DNA of 64,000 nucleotides from Acidobacteriota bacterium (GTDB taxonomy: Bacteria; Acidobacteriota; Terriglobia; Terriglobales; Acidobacteriaceae). The translations under genes were made by a program, and so were the position numbers. The notes below the pieces were generated by a model. The model was not told the origin of the DNA and did not search any database. It saw nothing but the letters and a program-made list of their open reading frames with translations. The stretch is taken from NCBI GenBank assembly GCA_003224755.1, contig QHZR01000017.1, forward strand, positions 1,887-65,886, in the 5' to 3' direction. Positions 45,628 to 56,294 of this stretch are shown here, one piece after another. Every line of letters starts with the position of its first letter. Positions within the stretch are counted from its first letter, which is position 1.

Positions 45628-46719
45628 ATGCCACTGAATATCAAACCCAAATCCCAATGTCGTTGGGACGAGCTCAGCCTCGGCGAGGTCATGCTGCGCT
45701 TCGATCCTGGCGATCACCGCATTGCAACGACGCGTAAGTTTGAGGTTTTCGAAGGCGGAGGCGAATATAACGTCGCGCGCGGGCTTAAGCGGTGCTTCGG
45801 TCTCGAGACTGCCCACGTCACCGCCCTCGCCGACAATCCCGCAGGCCGGCTGGTCGAGGACCTGATGTACCAGGGCAGCGTGCACCAGATCGTTCACTGG
45901 GTTCCCGATGACGGCGTCGGCCGCACCGTGCGCAACGGATTGAACTTCGTCGAACGCGGTTTTGGGGTGCGCGCCGCGCTCGGATGCTCCGATCGCGGCC
46001 ACACCGCCATCTCGCAGATGAAACCGGACGATGTGGACTGGGAGCAGATGTTCGGGAAATACGGAGTCCGCTGGTTTCATACTGGCGGCATCTTCTGCGC
46101 GCTCTCGGAAGGCACGCCCGAGGTCGCAATCGCGGCCATGAAAGCCGCCCGCAGGTACGGCACGATCGTTTCTTACGATCTGAACTACCGCGATTCTTTG
46201 TGGAAGTCCATCGGCGGAAAGAAGCGTGCGCAGGAAGTGAACCGTCGGCTGGCTCCGTTGGTGGATGTTATGCTCGGCAACGAAGAGGATTTTTCTGCGG
46301 CTCTTGGTTTCGAAGTTAGTGGGATGGACGAGCACATTTCGAAAATTGAAACCGAAGCCTTCAGGGAAATGATCAAGAACGTAGTCAAAGAGTTTCCGTT
46401 TAAAGTCGTCGCGACAACGCTGCGCAAGGCAAAGACCGCAACCGTGAATGATTGGGGCGCGATCTGCTATGCGGACGGAACGTTTCACGAAGCAAAGTAC
46501 CGCGAGAGCCTTGAGATTTACGACCGCGTGGGCGGCGGCGATTCGTTTGCCTCAGGCTTGATATATGGATTCCTCAGCGGGCAGGACCCGCAATGGGCGG
46601 TGGAATGTGGAGCGGCACATGGCGCGCTGGCAATGACCACGCCCGGCGATACGACCATGGCGACGCTGAAGGAAGTTCTGCAACTAATGAAAGGAGCCGG
46701 CGCCCGCATCGCGCGCTGA
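45628..46719 (+). CDS. kdgK: 2-dehydro-3-deoxygluconokinase (PfkB family)
   Basis: 363 aa with PfkB signatures including DRVGGGDSFASG. Confidence 0.8.
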   Translation: MPLNIKPKSQCRWDELSLGEVMLRFDPGDHRIATTRKFEVFEGGGEYNVARGLKRCFGLETAHVTALADNPAGRLVEDLMYQGSVHQIVHWVPDDGVGRTVRNGLNFVERGFGVRAALGCSDRGHTAISQMKPDDVDWEQMFGKYGVRWFHTGGIFCALSEGTPEVAIAAMKAARRYGTIVSYDLNYRDSLWKSIGGKKRAQEVNRRLAPLVDVMLGNEEDFSAALGFEVSGMDEHISKIETEAFREMIKNVVKEFPFKVVATTLRKAKTATVNDWGAICYADGTFHEAKYRESLEIYDRVGGGDSFASGLIYGFLSGQDPQWAVECGAAHGALAMTTPGDTTMATLKEVLQLMKGAGARIAR

Positions 46720-46824
46720 AAAGCTTTTAACCGCAGAGATGGCAGAGAAGACGCTGTAGCGTCCTCTGCGAAGCCCGGCGCTCTCTGTGGTCAAAAAGCT
46801 TTGAAGTTGAGGGGAAAGAGATCA

Positions 46825-47496
46825 ATGACTCGCGAAGAGATCAGCAAGAGAATTGTCGAAGTCGGAATCGTTCCGATCGTAAGAGCAACGTCGTCCGCGC
46901 AGGCGAGACGAGCTGCAGAAGCGGTATGCGCCGGCGGAATTCCGATTGTCGAAGTGACCATGACTGTGCCCGGTGCGATTGAGCTGATCAAAGAATTAGT
47001 CAAGAGCCTGGGTGCCGAGGTGCTTATTGGCGCCGGAACGGTGCTCGATGCGGGTACGGCACAGCGATGTATTGACACAGGGGCAGAGTTCATCGTCGCC
47101 CCTGGATTCGACTCAGCCACGGTCCAACTCGTAAAGAGCCTCGGCAAACCGATGATGTCCGGTGCGCTGACGCCAACCGAAGTCATCGCCGCATGGCGAG
47201 CTGGTAGTGATTTTGTGAAGATATTTCCGTGCGGGACAGTCGGCGGGCCCAAATATATCAAGGCCCTCAAAGCGCCGTTGCCGCAGATTCCCATGATTCC
47301 AACCGGGGGAGTGAACCTGAACACCGCTGCGGAATTTATTCAAGCCGGAGCGGTCGCGCTCGGTATAGGTGGCGAATTGGTCTCTACCGCGGCACTGAAG
47401 GCCGGCGACATGAAGGTGATCACCGAAGCGGCGCAGCAGTTCATCAGAATTGTCCGCGAGGCTCGCGCCAGTGCCGTCAATTCTGCCGCTTCGTAA
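46825..47496 (+). CDS. eda: 2-dehydro-3-deoxyphosphogluconate aldolase (KDPG aldolase)
   Basis: Internal ATG; IVPIVRATSSAQARRAAEAVCAGGIPIVEVTMTVPGA TIM-barrel aldolase family. Confidence 0.8.
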   Translation: MTREEISKRIVEVGIVPIVRATSSAQARRAAEAVCAGGIPIVEVTMTVPGAIELIKELVKSLGAEVLIGAGTVLDAGTAQRCIDTGAEFIVAPGFDSATVQLVKSLGKPMMSGALTPTEVIAAWRAGSDFVKIFPCGTVGGPKYIKALKAPLPQIPMIPTGGVNLNTAAEFIQAGAVALGIGGELVSTAALKAGDMKVITEAAQQFIRIVREARASAVNSAAS

Positions 47497-48037
47497 ACGC
47501 TTTGCCTATCACTGCGGCGGTGTCTTCTGGAAGCGTTAGCCCACTCACTTCTTCCTGTGTAAACCAGCGTGCGTCCGCGGCATCGCCTGATGCCTGCAGC
47601 TCTCCCGAAATGTTTACGCAGAGGAAGTCAACGAGCAAATAGTGATAGCGCATGCGTTTGTCATCGTCTGGGACAAGCCGATCAAACACTCCCAGCAATT
47701 CAGTTGCGCAGACGACAAGCCCGGTTTCCTCCAACGCTTCTCGTTCCGCACCTTGGCGTATGGTTTCGCCCAACTCAAGCAGGCCACCCGGGATCGACCA
47801 CTCACCCAATAATGGAGCCTTACCGCGCTTGATCAGCAGCACACGGTCGTGCTCAACAATGACGGCTCCGACTCCAACCAGCGGACGATCCGGATATTCG
47901 CGCACCATGAGGGATGTTGCCCTCCAGAAAAGCCGAAGAGGAGCATTATAGGCCCCCTTTGAAATCAAATGTCCGGCAAGATAAGTCTGCGTTTTTTCCA
48001 GGAACTGAGGTACAGAGGCCATTGGTAACCAGGCCAT
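47477..48037 (-). CDS. NUDIX hydrolase
   Basis: NUDIX box GEWSIPGGLLELGETIRQGAEREALEETGL. Confidence 0.7.
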   Translation of the reverse strand: MAWLPMASVPQFLEKTQTYLAGHLISKGAYNAPLRLFWRATSLMVREYPDRPLVGVGAVIVEHDRVLLIKRGKAPLLGEWSIPGGLLELGETIRQGAEREALEETGLVVCATELLGVFDRLVPDDDKRMRYHYLLVDFLCVNISGELQASGDAADARWFTQEEVSGLTLPEDTAAVIGKAFTKRQN

Positions 48038-48061
48038 GTACTTGTTATTCTTGCGCGCCAG

Positions 48062-49240
48062 TTGAGGGCTGTTTATGGTGGGTTCAAGAGTATTTGCTCT
48101 TTCGCCGCGCCCACTAAGCACGTCCATCTGATGTATTTCGCACCACGCGTCATCTTGGAAGTGTGCGAGACGAAAAAAACTGTTGTGGAGGATTTGTTCG
48201 TGCTGAGGTTCTTACGCAGTCTCACCCCGTTTGTACTTCTACTCGCAGCAACCGTCGCTTTCGCGCAAAACGTAACCATCGTTTCCCCGAGCGCCACCAC
48301 TGTAAGCTCGCCAGTCCACGTCGTGGCAAATTTTTCACCCTCCGCGCCGATCGAGTCGATCAGCGTTTTAGTTGATAACGTAGAAGTAAACCAGCAGCCC
48401 GATGCAGTTACACCCCTCGATCTTTATGTTTCGATGCCGTCAGGCAATCACCTTTTGACCGTCAATGCGGTACAAGCGGATGGGCTTCAGCTTACCGCCT
48501 CGCGTTCGGTGGATGTTTCCGCACCAGTGATGGCCATGAGCACTGCTACAACCTCAAGCGCCTCATCATCGGGGCCTAGCGATGAAACGGCAGCCATCCA
48601 AACGAGTACCTCCGGAGGCACTTCTTTGATTAGCCACATTGAGGAGAAGTCGGGTTGGTACATGTATCCGGACCAGGGAAACCCAAATTGCAGTTCGAAA
48701 CCGTACCTCATGTCGTCACCGTCGCTGGATGGAACTTCAGGCAGGTTCTATCTCGATCCAACTGGACAGTTCAACAACTGTTTATGGCCGATCAAGTTGG
48801 GAAAGAGCACGGCTACTCATTTCAAACTCGAGACATACTTCCAGCTAAGCAAGCCATTGGTTTCTCAGGGAGTTGAATTCTCGTCCAACAAGCACATGGG
48901 TACAAAATGGTACAAATTCTCCGTTCAGTGCTCCTACTATAAAGGGGTGTTCAGCGTTTGGGACACGGCGGGGTCAAAGTGGGTGAAAACAAGTATTCCT
49001 TGCAGGCGACCGGCCAGCAACACTTGGGAGCACGTGATCGTCCAGACGGAAATCACAAATGGAAAGGCTGTGTTTCAGTCGCTCACGCATAACGGCGTGA
49101 CCTACACGATCAACAAATCGTTCTACCCCAAAAAAGGCGTAAGCTCCTACAGTTTCGGCGTCCATTTTCAGATGAATGGAAATCGATCGGGCGACTCCTA
49201 CTACACGTGGCTGGACAATCTCAAGTACACGTATTGGTGA
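48062..49240 (+). CDS. secreted protein with Ig-like N-terminal domain and a ~200-aa Cys-containing C-terminal domain of unknown function (paralog A)
   Basis: Signal-like LRSLTPFVLLLAATVAFAQ (start likely GTG near 48200); C-terminal domain shared with the 49425 copy. Confidence 0.5.
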   Translation: MRAVYGGFKSICSFAAPTKHVHLMYFAPRVILEVCETKKTVVEDLFVLRFLRSLTPFVLLLAATVAFAQNVTIVSPSATTVSSPVHVVANFSPSAPIESISVLVDNVEVNQQPDAVTPLDLYVSMPSGNHLLTVNAVQADGLQLTASRSVDVSAPVMAMSTATTSSASSSGPSDETAAIQTSTSGGTSLISHIEEKSGWYMYPDQGNPNCSSKPYLMSSPSLDGTSGRFYLDPTGQFNNCLWPIKLGKSTATHFKLETYFQLSKPLVSQGVEFSSNKHMGTKWYKFSVQCSYYKGVFSVWDTAGSKWVKTSIPCRRPASNTWEHVIVQTEITNGKAVFQSLTHNGVTYTINKSFYPKKGVSSYSFGVHFQMNGNRSGDSYYTWLDNLKYTYW

Positions 49241-49424
49241 AGATCGGGACGAAGTGCGGCGCCCAACTGGGCGCCGGCTGCGTGGAAGATGCCCGATTAT
49301 GTAAACTTCCTGTAGATACTTTCTCTGCAAGAGTGCTGCCGAAGCACGTTACCAACTTAAGGCTCCGGAATCCGGCGTCGATTGCGCATTAGAATATTTC
49401 CATAACGCTTGCCGGAGTTTCACG

Positions 49425-50203
49425 ATGTTTCACTGTCTAAAGACATTCCTAGCAGCAACTGTTCTCCTGGTCGCGGCTACAAACTTGACCGCTCAGGAGT
49501 CAGAATCCAGGAGTAGTGATGAACCTCCAGACGCTCAGGTGAGTGCTTCCGAAGGCGGTTCTTCGGTTAGTCATATTGAGCAGAAGTCGGGCTGGTACAC
49601 ATCCCCGGACCAAGGCCACCAGTTTGCAGCGAGAGGCCGGAACTCACGTCCTCACCATCGGTGGATGGAAATTCAGCAAGGTTCTCTCTTCGTCCGACCG
49701 GTCAGTTCGACGATTGCTTATGGCCGATCAAGCTGGGAAAGAGCAGAACCGCCACTCACTTTACACTCGAGGTGCAGTGCCGGCTAAGTGATCCTTCGCT
49801 TTCTCAAGGAGTTGAATTCTCGTCCAACAAGCACGTGGGCACAAACTGGTACAAATTCTCCGTGCAGTGCTCCTACAACAAAGGCGTTTTCAGCGTCTGG
49901 AACACAGCCGGCAGGCATTGGTCAGCGACAGACATTCCTTGTAAGCGGCCAGCGCGCGACAGCTGGGACCACCTGACGGTCCAAACATAAATTAGCAAAG
50001 GGAAAGCCGTGTTTCGCTCTCTTACCCTCAACGGTGAGACACACGAGATCAACAAGTCGTTCGACCCAATCACCAAGGAAGATGCCTACAGTTTCGGCGT
50101 TCATTTCCAGATGAATGGAAATCGACGGGGCGATGCCTGTTACGTGTGGGTAGATAATCTAAAGTTCACGCTTTGGCGAAGACCCGCGCCGTTCAGAGGC
50201 TAA
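49425..50203 (+). pseudogene. decayed tandem paralog of the 48062 gene (one frameshift near 49620-49670, in-frame TAA at ~49988)
   Basis: Three ORF pieces (49425, 49661, 50009) align in order to the C-terminal domain of 48062: SVSHIEQKSGWY, RPTGQFDDCLWPIKLGKS, FGVHFQMNGNR. Confidence 0.55.
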
Positions 50204-50252
50204 AATCCTTCAATAAAGAGCGAGCTCGGCGCAAGTGTAAGACGCGGGTTTG

Positions 50253-52085
50253 CTAGAAAGTTCCATACACGACCAAATGGCCTTTCGTCCCGATATACAC
50301 CTTCCCATTGATCACCAGCGGCGGCGCGAACTTTATCGCACCCGCCAAGGCATCACGCGTAGCGTTCTGGTTGGTGTTGTACAACTCCGTTGAAAGCTTA
50401 GTCGCATCATAGGCGTGGAGAACGCTCGCACCTTTTTCTACTGCCCATACGATACCGCTGCCATTTCCGTTGCCCGACACGACCGGATTACTGCCGGGAA
50501 AGGCGTAGGTAGTGGGTGAAAGGTCAGCGGGTGTTGTGGTCAGTTTGCTGGTGAGTGTATTCAAGCGAAACCGTTTTATCGAATCATTGGTTCCGGAAAA
50601 ATAAACGTTCCCGTTCCAGTACGGCGGGGTACTGAAATTACGCTGCAAATCGCTGGTATTTAACGCCACGCCCACGGCATTCGGTATCGATTGCACAATT
50701 TGGCAGTCGCAAGCGGAATTGAAGTGCCCCATGTTGTCGCGGTTGACCACATAGATGCGCCCCTCTTTCCCGGCTCCAATCATTATGTGGGGGAATGGAC
50801 TGGATCCAAATGTCGGCAACAGAGTTGCCAGCGCCGAACCGAGGTCCCGGTCATTCGCATCGAGGACGGATGCATTGAAGGGGGTAAAAAAATCCGCTTC
50901 CGAAAGAGTGCCGCTGACCGGCGACAACTTTAGATACGAGTTGCCCCAGTCCGGACCGCCGTCCCAAGTACCGTTGCCCGTCGCCGCATATACGAAAGTT
51001 CCATCTGACGCTAAAGGACCGCCCCAAATCCCGCCGTGTTGTCCGTTTGGAGTGAGGTTAAAGACGGCTGTCTGCGCCAAATTGCTCGCGGAATATCCGA
51101 AAATCCATCCGTGATATGGATCGGCATCACCGTAGGAAGCGTAGGCAGCGTAGATCGTGCCGTTCATTTCGAGCAGGGCCGGGCGGCCGCTGGCGGTTTG
51201 TGGGTTGAAGGTGACCATGCCGTTTACTGCGTCATATCCAGTTCCCGCAACGCTTCCAGTAATAGTCACAGGACTCCCAGGGTTCTCAGCCCCCGTGAGG
51301 AGATTAAGCGAATGAAGGCTATGCGAGTAAACTCCGGTGCTGGAGTTGAATTGGCGACTGGCGACATAGATGTTTCCAAGTGTCGAATCAATGACGGGAG
51401 TTGGCGTAATGCCGACGACCGGGGCTACACCGCAACCATGAATGTTGCCGCATGGTATCGCTGAGCCGAAGCTCTTTTTCCACAATTGTCCGCCACCATC
51501 TGCATCGAAGGCGAACACGCTGTTGTTCTCGGTTGCCACATAGACAACGTTGTGGGTGGCCCCATTCACCTTCAGCTGGGGTACAAATAATGGTTGTCCA
51601 TAGACATAGCCGTCAACCGAGTACGAAAACATCTTTTTGAAGGTCGCGAGACGGACGTTGGTCGGAGTCAATATGTACTCCGTCGCGTTCACATTGTTGC
51701 GCTGAGAGCCGTAGCCCCAAGTAGTCACAGCAGGGGGCGTGGGCAGCGATCCTGTCACTGTAATACTGATAGAAACTTTGGAACTGCCTCCACATTTATC
51801 CCATTCCTTAACAATGAAAGTGGGGTACTTGCCGGGATTCAGAATGAACGACCGGCTGAAACTGTTGGCAGATACCTTGTACAGCAGATTGCCGGCAGTC
51901 GGATAAATTCCCATGGCGGAGATTCCCGCCGGACACGTTGGAGGGGTAACCGCATTGGCCGTGACGGTCACAGGAGTCGCGACCGAGCTGCCATTGGCCG
52001 GAGCAGTGATCGTGACAATTCCATTGGAAGTGGAAGCAGACGCAAAAGAGGCGAGTAGAAACAGAGTGAGTGCGGACCACTTCAT
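50253..52085 (-). CDS. secreted PQQ-like beta-propeller repeat protein with N-terminal Ig-like domain
   Basis: Signal peptide; repeated VYVATENNSVFAFDA, GNIYVASRQ, GTIYAAYAS, GRIYVVNRDN, GKVYIGTKG blades. Confidence 0.6.
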   Translation of the reverse strand: MKWSALTLFLLASFASASTSNGIVTITAPANGSSVATPVTVTANAVTPPTCPAGISAMGIYPTAGNLLYKVSANSFSRSFILNPGKYPTFIVKEWDKCGGSSKVSISITVTGSLPTPPAVTTWGYGSQRNNVNATEYILTPTNVRLATFKKMFSYSVDGYVYGQPLFVPQLKVNGATHNVVYVATENNSVFAFDADGGGQLWKKSFGSAIPCGNIHGCGVAPVVGITPTPVIDSTLGNIYVASRQFNSSTGVYSHSLHSLNLLTGAENPGSPVTITGSVAGTGYDAVNGMVTFNPQTASGRPALLEMNGTIYAAYASYGDADPYHGWIFGYSASNLAQTAVFNLTPNGQHGGIWGGPLASDGTFVYAATGNGTWDGGPDWGNSYLKLSPVSGTLSEADFFTPFNASVLDANDRDLGSALATLLPTFGSSPFPHIMIGAGKEGRIYVVNRDNMGHFNSACDCQIVQSIPNAVGVALNTSDLQRNFSTPPYWNGNVYFSGTNDSIKRFRLNTLTSKLTTTPADLSPTTYAFPGSNPVVSGNGNGSGIVWAVEKGASVLHAYDATKLSTELYNTNQNATRDALAGAIKFAPPLVINGKVYIGTKGHLVVYGTF

Positions 52086-52329
52086 AGAATCTCCAGGATG
52101 AACGGCTTATTCCTGTCTTGGCAAGCTCGCGCCGGGCGCGCCGTTCAAGGTATCGCCCCTTGCGACAGGCTGCATCATAGGAACAGACGTTCATAGCAAC
52201 TGTCAAATCCTTGATTCGCGACATCACGCCTATTTCTAGGCCTATCTTCTAGGGCCATCGCGACTGTCTCTTGGGAAGCATCCCCCAAGTCATGCACCGG
52301 CTTCACGCTACCGCGGTCACAACGTCAGG

Positions 52330-53030
52330 TCATAGAGTTGAGACACCTCCAATCGGTAGGGTGATTCTCACAAGGCAGCCTTGGCGATCGGGACGGTTCT
52401 CCAGTTCCAACGACCCTCCATGTGCTTCTGCAATTTGGCGCGACAGCACAAGTCCCATGCCGCTTCCCGCTGGCTTCGTCGTATAGAACGGGACGAAAGC
52501 ATTGGCGGGATTCATCAGGCCCGGTCCATTGTCTTGGATCGAGATGATCACGCTCGGCAGTCGATTTCCAGGAGAACACGATCTGCTGGTCGGTATCCGA
52601 GCTCTTCGATCCATTTGAATGCCTTTCTACCTCCTGCACCTGAAGAACGGCGTCCGCAGCATTGCGGATGAGATTGAGCATCTGCTCTAGTTGGTCTGGG
52701 TCGGCCGGAAAGTCTATTTCCGGGCCGGGAATTACGGCAACGGGGCTCGCGTTTCTAGCGCGGCGACACGTTTCGCAATTGGTGCGATCGAACACCTTCG
52801 TAAAGCCGGAGGGGGCATCTGCGACAGTTGGCGATAGCCTTGCAAGAAACGGTTGAGCGAAGCTGCGCGGCTTTCGATGATGCTGAGCCCCCCGTTCGGA
52901 AGTCCTGCTGTTCTTCGTTTCTAATCCCGCTACCCGTGAGTCGTGCATGAAGGCTGCCCGCGATGGATTTAATCGGAGCCAGAGAATTATTCAACTCGTG
53001 TCCTAATACCCGAATCAATCGCTGCCACTA
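52330..53030 (-). pseudogene. frameshifted 3' fragment (HisKA plus HATPase_c) of a sensor histidine kinase, duplicate of the gene at 57737..59212
   Basis: ORFs 52330..52614 and 52755..53018 align to the C-terminal ~220 aa of the 59212 kinase. About 90% nucleotide identity, e.g. 52951-53030 vs 58381-58460. Confidence 0.6.
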
Positions 53031-53560
53031 CGTCACAATTCAGAAGAGAGTTGAGGCTGCTACCGAGTTCGGTCACGTCTTGTACCTGGTTTCAAACCAT
53101 GATCTCCTGTTGTTCCTGGTGCGGGAGTTTTGCGAGTGTAATCGAGCTGTGTACTTCGGTTTGCGAAGCGATTTCCTGTGCGAAGCCCTGAGCCTCCCGG
53201 TGCGAAGCAATTGCTCGCCTCTCTCCATTACGTTTCGCTCTCTGCTGACGGGAGGCTCGCTGGCGCCAAAGAGCAGTCGGAGCAAGCCATCCCAGGCTCC
53301 TCTCTTTACCCATTGACGTGTGATTGCGGTACTATTGCGGTGACATTGCGGTGAAGGGACCCGGCGTAAGCAATTCATCCGCAAGTTCTTGGCTTCTGGC
53401 TACCTGCTCTGTGTGCTCGAAGAGGAAAAAAGTGACTGTCCATTTGCGGAAGTGCGAAGCGTGACTCTGCCATTTAATCAGCAAACTCTAGGGCGGCTAG
53501 TCTTCGTTCCTTCATGCAGAATGATTACTGCCGGTTGGCCCGTCATCCCGCCAGAACCGA

Positions 53561-54163
53561 TCATCGCTGTGCTGGAATAAGGCGGTGGAACTGCATAATC
53601 CAGTTGGTTTCCCATGTCTTTCCGGCGTCGTCGGAGAAGGCCTGTTGCCATTTTGCCGAATTAGGTGTGATGTCTGACCAGATGTAGCGCACAACGATTG
53701 GCCGGCCGTTCAAAGTGTCGTTGGCCAAGAATGTGCCGACTCCGTTGCGAAATCCACCCATCACCGGCGGGTCGAGTTCATGGGGATGCCGGCTATCGAG
53801 CCACCAAATCGACCACGACTTCATCCGCGGATCAAAGGAGCGCAACGTGACCGCTCTGTAGGTTCCTGCCGGAGCTTGCAGAACGTTATCGTCAACATCG
53901 CCCTGGCCGCCCAGCACTGGCGAGGTTCGACACGTGCCAGAGAATGTCTCCCATTCGCCGCCGTGCACCAGGCGGTGCTTCAACCGGCGGTGTTGTACCG
54001 TCCAGCTTCCCACCAGGAAATCGAAATCATGTTCCGACGAGACGCCGCCCGCCTGAGCTTTAGGTTCGGATGGTTGTGCTTCATTCATGGGCGTCGATGC
54101 GGCCACGGCAACGAGTACGAACAACAGAACAAACACAAAGTAGCAAAGGGGGCAGAATCGCAT
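53561..54163 (-). CDS. secreted DUF1579-like protein
   Basis: Signal peptide; FDFLVGSWTV motif typical of DUF1579. Confidence 0.45.
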   Translation of the reverse strand: MRFCPLCYFVFVLLFVLVAVAASTPMNEAQPSEPKAQAGGVSSEHDFDFLVGSWTVQHRRLKHRLVHGGEWETFSGTCRTSPVLGGQGDVDDNVLQAPAGTYRAVTLRSFDPRMKSWSIWWLDSRHPHELDPPVMGGFRNGVGTFLANDTLNGRPIVVRYIWSDITPNSAKWQQAFSDDAGKTWETNWIMQFHRLIPAQR

Positions 54164-54170
54164 GGGTTCC

Positions 54171-55031
54171 TCACTGCAGCGGCGAGCGGGTAGTCGGCCT
54201 TAGTCGCAACTGTTCCGGTTTGCGCATTAACGCGGGAAGTACCGCTTCCGGAGCTTTGTCCCGCCAACCGCTCCAAGCCCGCATCTGCGCCGCGAACGAG
54301 GCATAATTCTCCTCGCTGGGCCAGCGAGCCATCCAGAGAAAGACACGGTCGTGCTCCCGGATGGCAAGCCGGGGGAAGTTATTGGGCATTTCGTTCGTCG
54401 TCAATATTGCGATGGGATGCGCCCCCAAGGCAATCATGCGCGGCAGGAGGGCCTGGTCGAAGAAGGCTGCGAACTGCGCCTCGTCCACGCCGTCGAGGTA
54501 GTAGATCGTCACGCCATACAGAACACGCGAACCCGGCATCGGCGCGCTGCTACGGAAGCTTGGCGGAGACGACATCGGACGGAGCAGCAGGACGTTGTCC
54601 GAATCGAGCATAGTGGCGTTGGCTTCCTTTTTGTGGGTCAGCCATGCCGGGCTGCTGCCGTAAAAAGCTTCGAGGGCTTGCGGCCGCGCCTGTGTGTCGC
54701 GGAAACCTCGGAGCCAGACGAAACGGTCGGGATCGTCGAGATCGCGGAAAGTTCCGATGACGTGTGCACCCACAGCATCTTGCGATTCGATGAAGTTCTT
54801 CTCAAACAAAGAAATCAGGGTGTCGCGCCTGCCCCCGTAAAGCGTGTATTGACGCATCTCGAATACGGTGTCTTCGGCAGTGTCTCCCATGACGGCTAGC
54901 GTTGGCGCGGTGAGTTCGAATGATAGGACCGCTGCGCCCGCAAGAAACGAGCGGCGCGTCACCGGCTCTGTGCGTGTGGAGATCTGCATCGCGTCCTTCA
55001 TGACCGCACGATAACGGATAAAACTTGACAT
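54171..55031 (-). CDS. Tat-signal NIPSNAP family protein (two NIPSNAP-like halves)
   Basis: RRSFLAGAAVLS Tat-like signal; MRQYTLYGG... and a second ...WLRGF-type half. Confidence 0.5.
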   Translation of the reverse strand: MSSFIRYRAVMKDAMQISTRTEPVTRRSFLAGAAVLSFELTAPTLAVMGDTAEDTVFEMRQYTLYGGRRDTLISLFEKNFIESQDAVGAHVIGTFRDLDDPDRFVWLRGFRDTQARPQALEAFYGSSPAWLTHKKEANATMLDSDNVLLLRPMSSPPSFRSSAPMPGSRVLYGVTIYYLDGVDEAQFAAFFDQALLPRMIALGAHPIAILTTNEMPNNFPRLAIREHDRVFLWMARWPSEENYASFAAQMRAWSGWRDKAPEAVLPALMRKPEQLRLRPTTRSPLQ

Positions 55032-55062
55032 CTTCTGTCATGTTTTCGCAGATAATTTCTAG

Positions 55063-56016
55063 ATGCGGGCGGACCGCCTTCTGTCGATCCTGATGATGCT
55101 CCAGCTTCGCACCCGAATCACGGCGGGCTATCTGGCGGAACAGCTCAAGGTTTCGGAACGCACCATCTATCGCGACATTGAGGCGCTGGAACGATCGGGA
55201 GTGCCGATTGTTACCGATCGCGGCCGTTCCGGCGGGCTCAGGCTGATGGGCGGGTACCAGACCAAGCTGACCGGCCTCTCCGTCGAAGAGGCGGAAGCCC
55301 TACCGTTTGCGCAGATTGGTATCGCGGCGTCCGCCTTGGGGTTCGCGGGAGCTGCGGAGGCGGCACGTCTGAAAGTGTTCGCGGCTCTGCCCGCGTTCGA
55401 GCGCGAGCGCGCGGTACGTGCCAGCGAGCGTTTTCATCTGGATCCGGCTGAGTGGTACCAGCGTCCCCCCACGCCCGCCTGCTTGAAAGCGTTGGCTTCT
55501 GCCGTATTGGCGGACCAAGCCGTGGCAATTGATTACGAAAGCTGGCACGGCAGGAAAGTTCGTGTTATCGAACCGGTTGGCTTGGTGCTGAAAGCAGGCA
55601 TATGGTACATGGTGGCGCGCAATCGCAACCGGTATGCCATCTATCGGGTCGAGGGCATTCACACCATTCGAATTCTTGAAAAACGCAAAGTCCAGCGCCG
55701 CAATTTCAATTTGGCCCGCATCTGGCAGCAGGAGGTCGTGCGCTTTGAGGCCAGCTTGCGACGCGACCGTGCCACGATCCGCATTTACGAATCGGCATTG
55801 TCGCGACTCGGTCGACTAGGCGCAGATGCAGCCGAGGTCATCCGCGCCGCCACGCCCGATGCCCAAGGCTGGCGCATCGCGACCATCTGGATCGAGAGTG
55901 TACAGCACGCAGCAGGCTTGCTGCTTGGTTTCGACAGCGACATTGAGGTACTGTCACCAGCAGCTTTGCGTCGAGAGCTGGCGACGCGCGCAGGACGAAT
56001 AGCGGCGCTCTATTAG
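55063..56016 (+). CDS. YafY-family transcriptional regulator (HTH-WYL-WCX)
   Basis: MRADRLLSILMMLQLRTRITAGYLAEQLKVSERTIYRDIEAL HTH_11; central WYL-like region (IWYMVARNRNRYAIYRV). Confidence 0.8.
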   Translation: MRADRLLSILMMLQLRTRITAGYLAEQLKVSERTIYRDIEALERSGVPIVTDRGRSGGLRLMGGYQTKLTGLSVEEAEALPFAQIGIAASALGFAGAAEAARLKVFAALPAFERERAVRASERFHLDPAEWYQRPPTPACLKALASAVLADQAVAIDYESWHGRKVRVIEPVGLVLKAGIWYMVARNRNRYAIYRVEGIHTIRILEKRKVQRRNFNLARIWQQEVVRFEASLRRDRATIRIYESALSRLGRLGADAAEVIRAATPDAQGWRIATIWIESVQHAAGLLLGFDSDIEVLSPAALRRELATRAGRIAALY

Positions 56017-56294
56017 ACTTAGTTTCCTTGTGGTCGCTAGACAGGAAGTTAAGCAGTCTGCTACAGTTCATTCGCCCAATTCGGACCTAAGCTGCTGAAA
56101 GCGATAGTTAAAAATCGCGCCGTTTTGCAGAAAAGTTCGAAAATCGTCTGCTAGGGCCGATTACTACATTTCTTGCACGTTCGGCTTGCTGAGTGTAGGA
56201 TTCGTCCGCGAAGTAGCCCGCACTGATTGCGGGCATTTTGGCCCACAGGCCCCAGGGCCAAAGCGCATCGATTTCAAGTTACGAGGAGGAAGGA

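Noticed and set aside
45508-46488. 326-aa ORF on the minus strand
   Set aside because: It lies wholly antisense to the well-supported kdgK (PfkB motifs on the plus strand) and has no recognisable domain. It is a typical high-GC antisense artefact.
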